From: Candidatus Baldrarchaeum yapensis
GTDB taxonomy: Archaea; Asgardarchaeota; Baldrarchaeia; Baldrarchaeales; Baldrarchaeaceae
Assembly (NCBI GenBank): GCA_016840465.1
Contig: JAEOSH010000032.1
Location: forward strand, 1-23,472
Reading direction: 5' to 3'
DNA length: 23,472 bases
The notes beneath the pieces were generated by a model. The model was given only the letters and a program-made list of their open reading frames with translations. It had not been told where the DNA came from and did no database searches. This document shows positions 8,007 through 16,766 of the stretch, one piece after another (positions within the stretch are counted from its first letter, which is position 1; each line of letters begins with the position of its first letter). The position numbers and the translations under genes were made by a program.

Positions 8007-9544
8007 CACTTCATCCCTACCCTCATTGCCTCCAGCACTGCTTCCTCTACGTCCTTTACGGTCACCTTCCTTCCCCTAACCCTCTCACGAAGTATTCTCT
8101 CAATGGCAAATCTCACACGTGACCTTATGAAGTGAGGTACTCTTGCCAGCACGCCGTTCAGCCGCTCTAACGCCTCTTCCTCATACATTAGGCCTTCCTC
8201 CGACCGGATATCCTCTCGTGGATGGCTCCGCTTGTACGCATACACAAACTTGACGGTTTCCTCCCACACCCTGTGGAGAAGATAGGAGACCCCACGGATC
8301 CCCCTGAACGGCGCATCTAGGTATCGACTTGAGAAGTACCTCGCCGGTTCACTTGCTGGTATGAAACTACCAATACCGGCCTCCTGCGAAGCCAAGTACT
8401 CCGTGAATCCACCAAATACCATGAACGGGGACGCGCTCTTCAGGGAGTCGACTATCTGCTCCTTCCCCGGCATGACTAGAACCTTAGTGCCACCAAGTTC
8501 CCGTTCTCTGAAGAACCCTACAAGCGCTTCATGCATGCCGTTCTTTATTCCAATGACCGCAAGTGACATCCATAGATCATCCGAGAGAACCCTCGAGAGC
8601 CCATAGGCCAGCGTGTTCGATCCGAAAACCGCAACCGGGCTGTCCGCAATAGTGAACCCCGAAATGTCCATGTCATCTATGACACTCGCGCCCCAAACCC
8701 TCATTTCCCGAGCCAAGAACTCCTCCACGCGTTTCGAAATACTAGGGAAGTACTCCTTCAACCCTTCGAGAAACTCCATCGTTCCCTCGATGCCGAACGG
8801 CACCTCGGTGTAATAGGCGATGCCGAACTCCTTTTCCAGAAAGCGTGCAGCACTTTCTCCAAAGTCGTAAGGATACATTAGTATCGTGAGATCCGCATGG
8901 GGTAGATTTCTGAAATCCTCGATGCCCGCATTCGCAGGGACTATTGCGTTTATGCGCAGATCCACGCCTTTAAGGAGCCTCAAGGTCTCCAGCAGGTCGG
9001 CTCTCCAGTTGAATATCCCCTTTGTTGGCCCAATTATGTTAACACTCGGCTGTTTTCCGTCACCACCTCCACTAGCCTTTTGATCGCAGAACTCCCGTGT
9101 CAGCACATAAAGAGCCTTATCTATTCCGTCATAAAACGTATCACGGAGGGTGTTCGCATAAATGGGCACCACCGGAACCTCCACATCGCACCTCAGGCCC
9201 TCGACCTCGCACTGGAGTATATCCTCACTGATGAGCAGTTCGGTTACGTTAGTCGTAGTCACAACTAAAAGCTCGGGGTTGTAGTTCTTTACCGCCTCTT
9301 TCACGGCCCTCCTCAGTCTATCAAGCCCCCCATGCGCAACGTCAGTCGCCAGCAGGCTTGAAGTAAAAATGTGGCACCCCTGCTTTTCCGCAATCACAAA
9401 CTCGGAGACCGCGTAGTTTGAGCATCCCGACGGACTGTGAATCACGGGAATTGCCCTCTTCATCGATAGTACCACATCACAGATCCCCTGGAAACTGGAC
9501 GATATTACCTCCTCAGAATACAAGCTCCGGCTCACCGATACCAT
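8006..9544 (-). CDS. Nitrogenase-like oxidoreductase catalytic subunit, BchB/BchZ-type, with a C-terminal PCP_red-like domain
   Basis: VIHSPSGCSNY, NPELLVVTTTNVTELL and VNIIGP...D..E..RLL.G..L.IN are component-1 motifs. The C-terminal YEEEALERL...VPHFIRSRVRFAIE...VTVKDVEEA resembles the PCP_red domain. The start is ATG 9544 or GTG 9535. Confidence 0.85.
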   Translation of the reverse strand: MVSVSRSLYSEEVISSSFQGICDVVLSMKRAIPVIHSPSGCSNYAVSEFVIAEKQGCHIFTSSLLATDVAHGGLDRLRRAVKEAVKNYNPELLVVTTTNVTELLISEDILQCEVEGLRCDVEVPVVPIYANTLRDTFYDGIDKALYVLTREFCDQKASGGGDGKQPSVNIIGPTKGIFNWRADLLETLRLLKGVDLRINAIVPANAGIEDFRNLPHADLTILMYPYDFGESAARFLEKEFGIAYYTEVPFGIEGTMEFLEGLKEYFPSISKRVEEFLAREMRVWGASVIDDMDISGFTIADSPVAVFGSNTLAYGLSRVLSDDLWMSLAVIGIKNGMHEALVGFFRERELGGTKVLVMPGKEQIVDSLKSASPFMVFGGFTEYLASQEAGIGSFIPASEPARYFSSRYLDAPFRGIRGVSYLLHRVWEETVKFVYAYKRSHPREDIRSEEGLMYEEEALERLNGVLARVPHFIRSRVRFAIERILRERVRGRKVTVKDVEEAVLEAMRVGMK

Positions 9545-10802
9545 CCCCCTCGAACTTATATTCCAAGAAGGGATCACAAACCAGGTTGAATCTCCTCATA
9601 AAATCACGGAACCTCCTAACCTTCCCATCCAGCTTCCTGACAAAGTCTCTACCCGATTTTATTACACCAAGAAATCCGGGCACGTCCATATTTGCGATGG
9701 AAATCCTCGAAAAGAACCATGCGCCCATGTCGATTGCGAGCGATCCCATGATCCAGTTGCCGATCACGAAATCGAACTCCTCACCAGATACCCTTTTAAT
9801 CGTCTCGTACACGCTCCTCTCTTGATGGAACTCCCCACCGTTCTCCTCTATGAACGATACGTTCTCCCTCGCCAGTGGGGGAGCATACGACGTGAAAACA
9901 ACCGTCTCCATTCCTAGAGATACTGCTATCGACGCAAGGTTCACCTCCCTGCCCAGACTCGACGCTATCAGCACTTTTCTCCCAGACAACTTATCCTTCA
10001 GTTTCTCAACCTCATGCTCCCACCTGTCGAACCTCGTATCTACCTTAACACCCGTAACATCGGAAACCCTCTCGACCGCGAGCCTCGTTGGAGCAGTTCC
10101 ATATGGAAGAACATCCACGTAGGGGATCCCAAATCTCCTCATGATCTCCTTCAGCGCCTCCTCCGCAAAGACGTGCAGTGGTATGTTTACTCCGGCAAGA
10201 GGTGCCCTAATGATTTGATCTATTGGTGAGCCCTCGGATGACACGATGGCGGAATTCAACTTCATCGGTTTAAGAATCTCGGACATGTGGACCCTCCCGT
10301 GGAGCGTGGCATATCCCAATATGTTGAATCGGGTTGCTTCCGCCCCCTCCTGCGCGTCCATTAGGTCAATAAGCGACTTCAGCGCCTCTCCAGCCCCCAT
10401 GTACTCAGCCCTGCAGTTATATCCGGCCTTCACAACAATGACGGGAACTCCCGTCTCTTCGGATAGTTGCTCCGCTACTGACATCAGATCCTCGTTTATT
10501 GTGAGAGACGTGCATCCCTCAATTATTGCCACGGCCTTGGGCCTCTTTCTCTCGATTAACTGCCTAATTGCCTCGTATACCTTATCCACCGCGCCGAATA
10601 TAGCCTCCCTTTCATTAAACACCGTCCCCGGAGTGTAAAGAGGGGATCCCAGACGTGCGACTGAGATGTGACAACGCAGGTTTGCAACACAGTCGCGTGC
10701 CGCGTGTATGTAAACCAGCAATCCGTTTACCTTTGACAGAAAGAATGTCGCATAGAAGGTGGAGCACATACCCTCGGGTTGAGGCTCAAAATATCCTCTC
10801 AT
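9513..10802 (-). CDS. Nitrogenase-like oxidoreductase catalytic subunit, BchN/BchY-type
   Basis: Cys13 (EGMC), Cys38 (HAARDC) and Cys97 (IEGCT..I.EDL) with spacing 25 and 59; 429 aa; ATGA overlap with the Fe-protein gene. Confidence 0.85.
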   Translation of the reverse strand: MRGYFEPQPEGMCSTFYATFFLSKVNGLLVYIHAARDCVANLRCHISVARLGSPLYTPGTVFNEREAIFGAVDKVYEAIRQLIERKRPKAVAIIEGCTSLTINEDLMSVAEQLSEETGVPVIVVKAGYNCRAEYMGAGEALKSLIDLMDAQEGAEATRFNILGYATLHGRVHMSEILKPMKLNSAIVSSEGSPIDQIIRAPLAGVNIPLHVFAEEALKEIMRRFGIPYVDVLPYGTAPTRLAVERVSDVTGVKVDTRFDRWEHEVEKLKDKLSGRKVLIASSLGREVNLASIAVSLGMETVVFTSYAPPLARENVSFIEENGGEFHQERSVYETIKRVSGEEFDFVIGNWIMGSLAIDMGAWFFSRISIANMDVPGFLGVIKSGRDFVRKLDGKVRRFRDFMRRFNLVCDPFLEYKFEGDGIGEPELVF

Positions 10803-11692
10803 ACCACCTCGACCCCCGCGTACGTGAACCTCAAAAGATCTCCATATGGAATCGGGGTGGGTACCACCTTCAGGTTATTCGAAAGGACCTTTTCCGCGAG
10901 TTCCCTGAAGATCCTCACCGCATTAGAGTCAGGGAATGCTTCGAGAACGGTTTTGCCCAGCTTATCCGCCTCCAGAACCTCAGGCATTCTGGGCAAGATT
11001 CCTATGACGTTGGCGCCCATCAGAGATGCAAACTCCTCTATTATCTCCCTCTCCCCAGGCACGCCCCGCATGTTGCCTATCAATCCCCCGAGCGCAACCC
11101 CATGCCTACTATACCTTCTTATTGCCGCACATAGGTTGTTTGCCGCATACAGTGACATGAACTCTCCCGATGTTACAATGTAAACCTCACGGGCGAACCC
11201 TCTCTGCATGGGCTGTGCAAAGCCCCCGCAGACGACATCTCCTAGGATGTCATAGATCACCACATCGATCTTCAGCTCCTTGAAAACGTCCTTTGCCCTC
11301 AGGAACTCAAGCGCCGTTATTACGGCTCTTCCTCCACAACCCACGCCCGGCTCGGGCCCACCGCTTTCGGCACAAAAGACCCCGGCAAATCCCTCCACTA
11401 TCACCTCGTTCAGATCCACCCTGTCGAAGTCCATGTCCACTTCGCGCAACTTGTCCAGGATTGTCGGGATATGGTTGCTACCGGTTAGTAGCCGAGTGCT
11501 GTCCCTTTTGGGATCACACCCCACTTGGAGTACTCGGAGCCCCCTTAATGCGAACGCCGCAGACAGGTTGCACGCTATTGTCGACTTTCCGATACCCCCT
11601 TTCCCGTAAATTGCAATCGCCCTTGGCTCTTTCTCCTCAAACCTCACGGGTTTGATTCTCCTTCTGAGAATAACACATGGGGACTCACACAT
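10799..11692 (-). CDS. NifH/BchL/BchX-family Fe protein (ATP-dependent reductase)
   Basis: YGKGGIGKST, QVGCDPKRDST, ESGGPEPGVGCGGR and YDILGDVVCGGFA; both 4Fe-4S Cys are present. The start is probably ATG 11692, after GGAGGTG. Confidence 0.95.
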   Translation of the reverse strand: MCESPCVILRRRIKPVRFEEKEPRAIAIYGKGGIGKSTIACNLSAAFALRGLRVLQVGCDPKRDSTRLLTGSNHIPTILDKLREVDMDFDRVDLNEVIVEGFAGVFCAESGGPEPGVGCGGRAVITALEFLRAKDVFKELKIDVVIYDILGDVVCGGFAQPMQRGFAREVYIVTSGEFMSLYAANNLCAAIRRYSRHGVALGGLIGNMRGVPGEREIIEEFASLMGANVIGILPRMPEVLEADKLGKTVLEAFPDSNAVRIFRELAEKVLSNNLKVVPTPIPYGDLLRFTYAGVEVV

Positions 11693-13253
11693 CTCCATCA
11701 CCTCCCGACTTTTTACCCTTATACTCATAATACGAGTGAAGAGCGCGAGAACCCTTCTCGGTGAGATAGTACACCCTCCTGACCAGCTTCCCTATCTTCT
11801 GCTCAGTCGGGTGGACGTAACCCTCCTCCTCCATCTTCTGAATGAGGCGAGCACAATACGGAACGTCAAGGTCGAGAGTTGTCGCAATGTTGAACAGAGA
11901 TAGGCCGGGGTACTCCTTAATGAGATTTAGAACCTCCGCGGCGCTGTCCGCATCTGCTCCAAAGTCCATTAATAGAAGGGGAACGGGGGGATGCCCGGAG
12001 CAACTTTGCACGACGACCTCCGGGAACAAGTACGTGACCCGAGAAAGTATCTGTTCGTCGGTGGATGCTGGGATCTCCGCTAGGGATCTGTCCACCCTAA
12101 CCAAAAACGGTTCGGAGAAACCATATCTGAACACCACTGCATGATACGGCTCCAAGTTCTTAAGATAGGACATCTGGTACAGCCTTCTTCTGCCCTCGGG
12201 CGCATGAATTCCTATTGCGAATTCCCTCAGGTTCAGCACGTCCGCAACTATCCTCTGCTCGATCCTCGTGCCCACCTTAAATGATATACGGTTCCCTATC
12301 TTTGCAAAGAGTGAGGGGTGGACAAGTCCCGGTGACGAGGTTGTCAGGAGAACAAAATGCCCTCTGGAACGGAGTTCATCCAGATATCCTAGGAGTTCGA
12401 CTGCGCTCTCATGTCTGGTGCCCCTTGAAAACAAATGGTGACACTCGTCCAGCAACAAGACGATATTCTCACGAAGACCCGAGGCGAGGATTTTAATCAT
12501 GAATATCACCTCTACGAGACTTAAAACCTTGGATGAAAGTTTAGGAACCTCTATAACGACGCATCGCTCGGCGAGTTCTCTGATGCCGATTGTCTGCTCC
12601 CGGCAAAACATTCTAGCAAGAGGAGGTACCGTTAAAACTTGGAGTTCTTTTTCTAATGCTGAGATGAGGTATGCAACCCTCGGACCCTCGGCTCCGGATA
12701 GCGATGACAGTCTCTCCCTCAATTGGAGGAGAGTCGGCGTGGGATCCTCCTCATATGCATCATATAGAATTTTGAGAAAGATCCTCCACGCATCGGGGCT
12801 CATCTGAAGCACCGCCGCAAAGATATTCGCAACATGCAGTGCATAGTCCTCCCTTTTTGCGCCTTCGGTGTCGAGGGGGTTTAACACGAACGTTTCGCCC
12901 AAACGCAGGACCACAACCTCGGAATTCAGTCCGTGGAGCCTTCTGTACTCGGCATCCGACGTTACCACTATGAACCTGTAACCTCGGTCATGAAGCCCTG
13001 AAAGAATCTTCGCGCAGAGAGCATACCTTTCGATGGAGGTTCCCGCCATTACTAGCGTTCCGTGTCTCAATTCCTCAAGTGTAAAGCCCGCCGCCCCACA
13101 TGGTTCAAAGTTCTCTGTTTCTATGATCTCGCCTACCGCAACGTCGCATGAGACGTGAGAGGGGGTGACATATTCTACCGGAAGTTCCGGCGGCATCATC
13201 TTCACAGAGAACGTCGGAATTTGAAAGAACCTCAAAACCTCATCTCCGCTCAT
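11685..13253 (-). CDS. HerA/VirB4-like protein with a degenerate Walker A and a C-terminal winged-helix domain
   Basis: HGTLVMAGTSIERY at the Walker A position, FIVVTSDAEY, LNPLD, Walker B LLLDECHHLF and VLLTTSSP. The C-terminal LSLFNIATTL...KMEEEGYV...YYLTEKG is a wHTH. The start ATG 13253 overlaps the upstream stop (TGATG). Confidence 0.8.
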   Translation of the reverse strand: MSGDEVLRFFQIPTFSVKMMPPELPVEYVTPSHVSCDVAVGEIIETENFEPCGAAGFTLEELRHGTLVMAGTSIERYALCAKILSGLHDRGYRFIVVTSDAEYRRLHGLNSEVVVLRLGETFVLNPLDTEGAKREDYALHVANIFAAVLQMSPDAWRIFLKILYDAYEEDPTPTLLQLRERLSSLSGAEGPRVAYLISALEKELQVLTVPPLARMFCREQTIGIRELAERCVVIEVPKLSSKVLSLVEVIFMIKILASGLRENIVLLLDECHHLFSRGTRHESAVELLGYLDELRSRGHFVLLTTSSPGLVHPSLFAKIGNRISFKVGTRIEQRIVADVLNLREFAIGIHAPEGRRRLYQMSYLKNLEPYHAVVFRYGFSEPFLVRVDRSLAEIPASTDEQILSRVTYLFPEVVVQSCSGHPPVPLLLMDFGADADSAAEVLNLIKEYPGLSLFNIATTLDLDVPYCARLIQKMEEEGYVHPTEQKIGKLVRRVYYLTEKGSRALHSYYEYKGKKSGGDGDV

Positions 13254-14008
13254 CACGATCCCCCTTCTACCCCTCTGACCACGCATAACACCGCCTCCCT
13301 CAGTTCTTCACCACGCAAAACCCTCAACTTTGTGTGAGGGAAACCGCTCAGGAACAGGGACTTTATCTTTGAAACCCTCTCCCTGACCCTTTCCGCGCAC
13401 TCCACGAGACCTTTCTCCGAATTACCCGTTTCGTATCTGGTCAATAGAAGCATACGACATCTCCAGACGCCTCCGATGGATGTCAGCAAACTCTCCCTCG
13501 CCTCTGACATCTTTCTCTTCAGTTTCTCTTTGTACTCATCCGATAATTCGGGCTCCCTCAAAGCCTCCTCCGGGCTCAGCGGCTCCTGGATGAACACATA
13601 AACAAGTGGTATCCTCTCCGCATACGCGGACCTTATGAAAAATTCAAAGTTCCCCCGCACACCTATCGGTATCCTCTCAAGTTCCAGACCGCCCACAGCA
13701 ATTACTTTTGACCCCTGTCTGAAAAGTATCACATCCTCGATAATCTCCCCCTGCGGCATCCCGTCCGTACCGGAGATGGCAAACTTGCCACTCCTATCAT
13801 TGATTATGCTGTTAATGACGGATGCCGATAAGACGCCGAACAGTACACTTATTATAAGCGCGCTTGGACCCGGAAGCACATTCTCCAGCGCGTAAGACGC
13901 CAGGATGAACATCAGCAACCCTACCCATACACATACCAACCTGTAATTGGAAGAGCTCCCGCCACTATTCGGTTTGCGAATATGAATCCTACCCGCTACT
14001 CCTTCCAC
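13253..14008 (-). CDS. Membrane protein (2 TM plus a soluble domain), possibly VirB3/VirB4 N-terminal-like
   Basis: Two hydrophobic helices near the N-terminus are followed by an alpha/beta domain ending in KLRVLRGEEL. The gene is coupled to the HerA-like gene. The family assignment is tentative. Confidence 0.7.
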   Translation of the reverse strand: MEGVAGRIHIRKPNSGGSSSNYRLVCVWVGLLMFILASYALENVLPGPSALIISVLFGVLSASVINSIINDRSGKFAISGTDGMPQGEIIEDVILFRQGSKVIAVGGLELERIPIGVRGNFEFFIRSAYAERIPLVYVFIQEPLSPEEALREPELSDEYKEKLKRKMSEARESLLTSIGGVWRCRMLLLTRYETGNSEKGLVECAERVRERVSKIKSLFLSGFPHTKLRVLRGEELREAVLCVVRGVEGGS

Positions 14009-14288
14009 CCGCCACCACCCCCACTAACACAACCATCATCAGGGAGAGAATCAGCGCGTTGACGGACAGCGATAGGAGAAGATCCGTGGATACGGTGGGC
14101 CGCACAAGTAGGTGCATGAAGTCTATGACCAGCACAAGCGCGATTAGCAAAGATGACTTGAGCGGACCGTACCTGCCTCTCGATCTAATTACCGTTATTA
14201 ACAGCCATGCGCTACCAAACAACCACAGATTCTCCAGCACGAACTTGAACAGCATCACATAAATTACGAGTTCCATGAAACTCGCCAT
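13989..14288 (-). CDS. Small hydrophobic membrane protein (about 3 TM)
   Basis: 99 aa and almost entirely hydrophobic; SD GGAGGGG; overlaps both neighbours. Confidence 0.7.
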   Translation of the reverse strand: MASFMELVIYVMLFKFVLENLWLFGSAWLLITVIRSRGRYGPLKSSLLIALVLVIDFMHLLVRPTVSTDLLLSLSVNALILSLMMVVLVGVVAGGRSSG

Positions 14289-14662
14289 CCCATCCCCTCC
14301 TTCTCACAAGCGTGCGCCATCTCGCCCACTATCCACCTCAACAAGAGTTCAGACCTCGTGAAAATACGCACCCTGACGGCATTGTCACCTGCCGGGAGAA
14401 CTTTAACACGAACAGGATCGTTAGCTCTTCCATTCGTCACTCCGTCTGCACCCAAGTTTTTCACTACACTTTCGACAACGCCCCTCACCCTTTCCGCATC
14501 GGCTCCCCAGATGGTCAGTTCCGTCCTCCGATCGTAAACGCATATTTCGCTCAAAACATCATTAGGGCGCTTGGTACTTCCCCTGATCGATCTTACGATG
14601 AGTAAAAACATCACGGCGGAGTAAAGTGCAATTGTCAGGTTAATCGCGTCCACTTCCACCAC
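14264..14662 (-). CDS. Small membrane-anchored protein (1 N-terminal TM)
   Basis: SD GGAGGTG before the GTG start; N-terminal hydrophobic helix; overlaps the helicase stop. Confidence 0.7.
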   Translation of the reverse strand: MVEVDAINLTIALYSAVMFLLIVRSIRGSTKRPNDVLSEICVYDRRTELTIWGADAERVRGVVESVVKNLGADGVTNGRANDPVRVKVLPAGDNAVRVRIFTRSELLLRWIVGEMAHACEKEGMGWRVSWNS

Positions 14663-16766
14663 TCAGCACCTCCAGCAGTTCTCCCGCAAGGTGAGAGGTG
14701 TTTAGATACCCGCACAGTTCGCTTATTGCTCTGAGGGCATGGAGGGACCACCTGATGTAATCTATGAGTTCTTCGAAGTCGCCGGGCGGAATCTCGAATC
14801 TCACCGGGATTTCCTCCACGCTTATTCTCCCTTCATAAACTTCCAGAAGTGCGGCATGGAGTTGCGGAGGTACTCTTCTGCCCTCCTCGGATAAGAAACC
14901 GCAGAATCTTCTGATGAAGTCATAAACGTCTCCGCTGAACCTGCTGGAAAGAGCGTGCATCGCAACCGCAGTGCGCGGTCTGAGGTACAATTTTATGACC
15001 AGCTCGCCGAACCTCGTGACCTCGAATGCGGTAATGTCGGCGTCCTCAATCTGCTTGACCAGGCCCCCACGCATTAGGAAGTCCAAAGCGCTCCCCATGC
15101 CCAGTCCATCAAGAACTATGCCGATGCGATCTCGAAGATTTTCTGCAACATACATTGCGAGGCCTACCAGATGCCTACACGGGGTTGTACGTCTCATCTT
15201 CGAGAACTCAGAGCACTCGCACCAGGCGCCGTTACGTGAAATCGTGCACATTCTCCCATTCACAATTCCCTCGATCCTCCTACCATCTGCCTTCGTGATC
15301 ACGACTTCTCCACTGATTTCGTGAGATTCGTCCCAGTCGAGGAACCTCGTTTTGCCCGTTAAGAGTATTTTCCTTGAAATCTCAATTGCGGGTCTCTTGC
15401 GCCCCCAAAGTGTGCTTCTAAGGAACTCCACCAGATCGTCGATTGTTGCGCCTTCCGAGTCGTATATTGCAACGAGGAGCAACTCCTCCATAAGGTCTCC
15501 GTTCTCCAGCTGGCTCTCCACATTCTCATACCTAGGAGTCTGCCGCCCATCACGGAACAGCACACTTCTGAGAAGTTCTCTCTCCTGATCGGTGTACACG
15601 AGTATGTAGGCATGTCCACTGCTGTCAAATCCGGGCCTCCCCGCCCTCCCCACTATTTGGAATATCGTGTTTGCGCCTAATCTCCGGTACTCCATCCCAT
15701 CCGGCGTGCGCCTCACTACCACCAAGTCCCGCAGAATCACATAGCGTGCGGGCATGTTTATTCCCGCCGAAAGGGTGGTGGTGCACACGAGAACCTTCAA
15801 TAGCCTTTTCCTGAACGCGAGTTCTATTGCCCTTCTCAAATTCAGAGAGAGGCCCGCGTGGTGAAAGCATACCCCGGAGGGGGCCACTCTGAAGGCCCTC
15901 CTTGCAAGGGAACTCCTATCTCCCCCCGTAGCATTATCCAGAATTTTGCGAATGCGCATTCCAACCTCATCGTCCACGTGGTCCTTTAGGATCTCGCCGA
16001 GTTTTTCGGCAAGACTCTCGGCATCCCTCCTCCTTGCAACGAATACCAGCACCTGTCCCTCCTCTGAACAGCGCTCCCTCAGAAATTCCTTAATGAAGGC
16101 ATTCTTTTGCCGCGTGACCGTGATGCTTATCTCGAGCGGCACCATCCTAGCATGCGACTCTATCAAGGCACAATTCAACCATGACGCTATCTCATGTGGG
16201 TTTCCGATACTTGCGCTCAGCGGAATCATCTGGATATCGTTTTTGCGGGCCCTGAGCCTAAGCCTTGTCAGTATGCCTTCCAGCCGTGGACCCCTTTCAG
16301 GGTCACTGAGCATGTGCACCTCATCGATGACCACCGTTCTCAGCATGTCGAGAACGGCTGGGATTTGCCTCGTCATGGAGTCGAACTTCTCGTAGGTCAG
16401 TATCATAACATCGGCGTCGAGGATGTCTGAGGGGAATCTGTAGAAATCTCCCGTCGACATCACTATCCTGAGCGAGCGCGTCCTGCAAATCTCAACCATA
16501 TCATCGTACTTCTCGTAGGCCACAGACTTCAATGGAACTATATACGCCGCCTTTCCCCCGCTCAGTGCGCTGTTTATACATGCAATCTCGCCCAGGAGCG
16601 ACTTGCCCGATGCGGACGGCGAACAAATCATGACGTTGCGTCCTCTAAATACTCCCAGTTTCACTGCCGTGGACTGCACCGCGTTGAACCCCATCACTCC
16701 CCTCGCTGTCAGTATTTCGGCAAGTTCCCCGTCTAATCCGTAATTTACCGCTTCCTTAACCCTCAC
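14640..16766 (-). CDS. Ski2/Hel308-like SF2 DEAD/DEAH-box helicase with an inserted SWIM zinc finger
   Basis: SPSASGKS, IDEVH, LSASIGN, FHHAGL, TTTLSAGINMPA and GRAGRPGFD helicase motifs, plus CEC-x12-CRH (SWIM). The start is probably GTG 16766. Confidence 0.92.
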   Translation of the reverse strand: MRVKEAVNYGLDGELAEILTARGVMGFNAVQSTAVKLGVFRGRNVMICSPSASGKSLLGEIACINSALSGGKAAYIVPLKSVAYEKYDDMVEICRTRSLRIVMSTGDFYRFPSDILDADVMILTYEKFDSMTRQIPAVLDMLRTVVIDEVHMLSDPERGPRLEGILTRLRLRARKNDIQMIPLSASIGNPHEIASWLNCALIESHARMVPLEISITVTRQKNAFIKEFLRERCSEEGQVLVFVARRRDAESLAEKLGEILKDHVDDEVGMRIRKILDNATGGDRSSLARRAFRVAPSGVCFHHAGLSLNLRRAIELAFRKRLLKVLVCTTTLSAGINMPARYVILRDLVVVRRTPDGMEYRRLGANTIFQIVGRAGRPGFDSSGHAYILVYTDQERELLRSVLFRDGRQTPRYENVESQLENGDLMEELLLVAIYDSEGATIDDLVEFLRSTLWGRKRPAIEISRKILLTGKTRFLDWDESHEISGEVVITKADGRRIEGIVNGRMCTISRNGAWCECSEFSKMRRTTPCRHLVGLAMYVAENLRDRIGIVLDGLGMGSALDFLMRGGLVKQIEDADITAFEVTRFGELVIKLYLRPRTAVAMHALSSRFSGDVYDFIRRFCGFLSEEGRRVPPQLHAALLEVYEGRISVEEIPVRFEIPPGDFEELIDYIRWSLHALRAISELCGYLNTSHLAGELLEVLSGGSGRD

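Noticed and set aside
8006-11692. Calling the cluster nifHDK (nitrogen fixation)
   Set aside because: The P-cluster ligand set is incomplete, there is no FeMo-co Cys, no nifENB lies nearby, and the B subunit has a PCP_red-like tail.
8006-11692. Calling the cluster cfbCD (coenzyme F430 synthesis)
   Set aside because: There are two distinct catalytic subunits rather than one CfbD, and no cfbA, cfbB, cfbE or mcr genes in the window. It is not formally excluded without a phylogeny.
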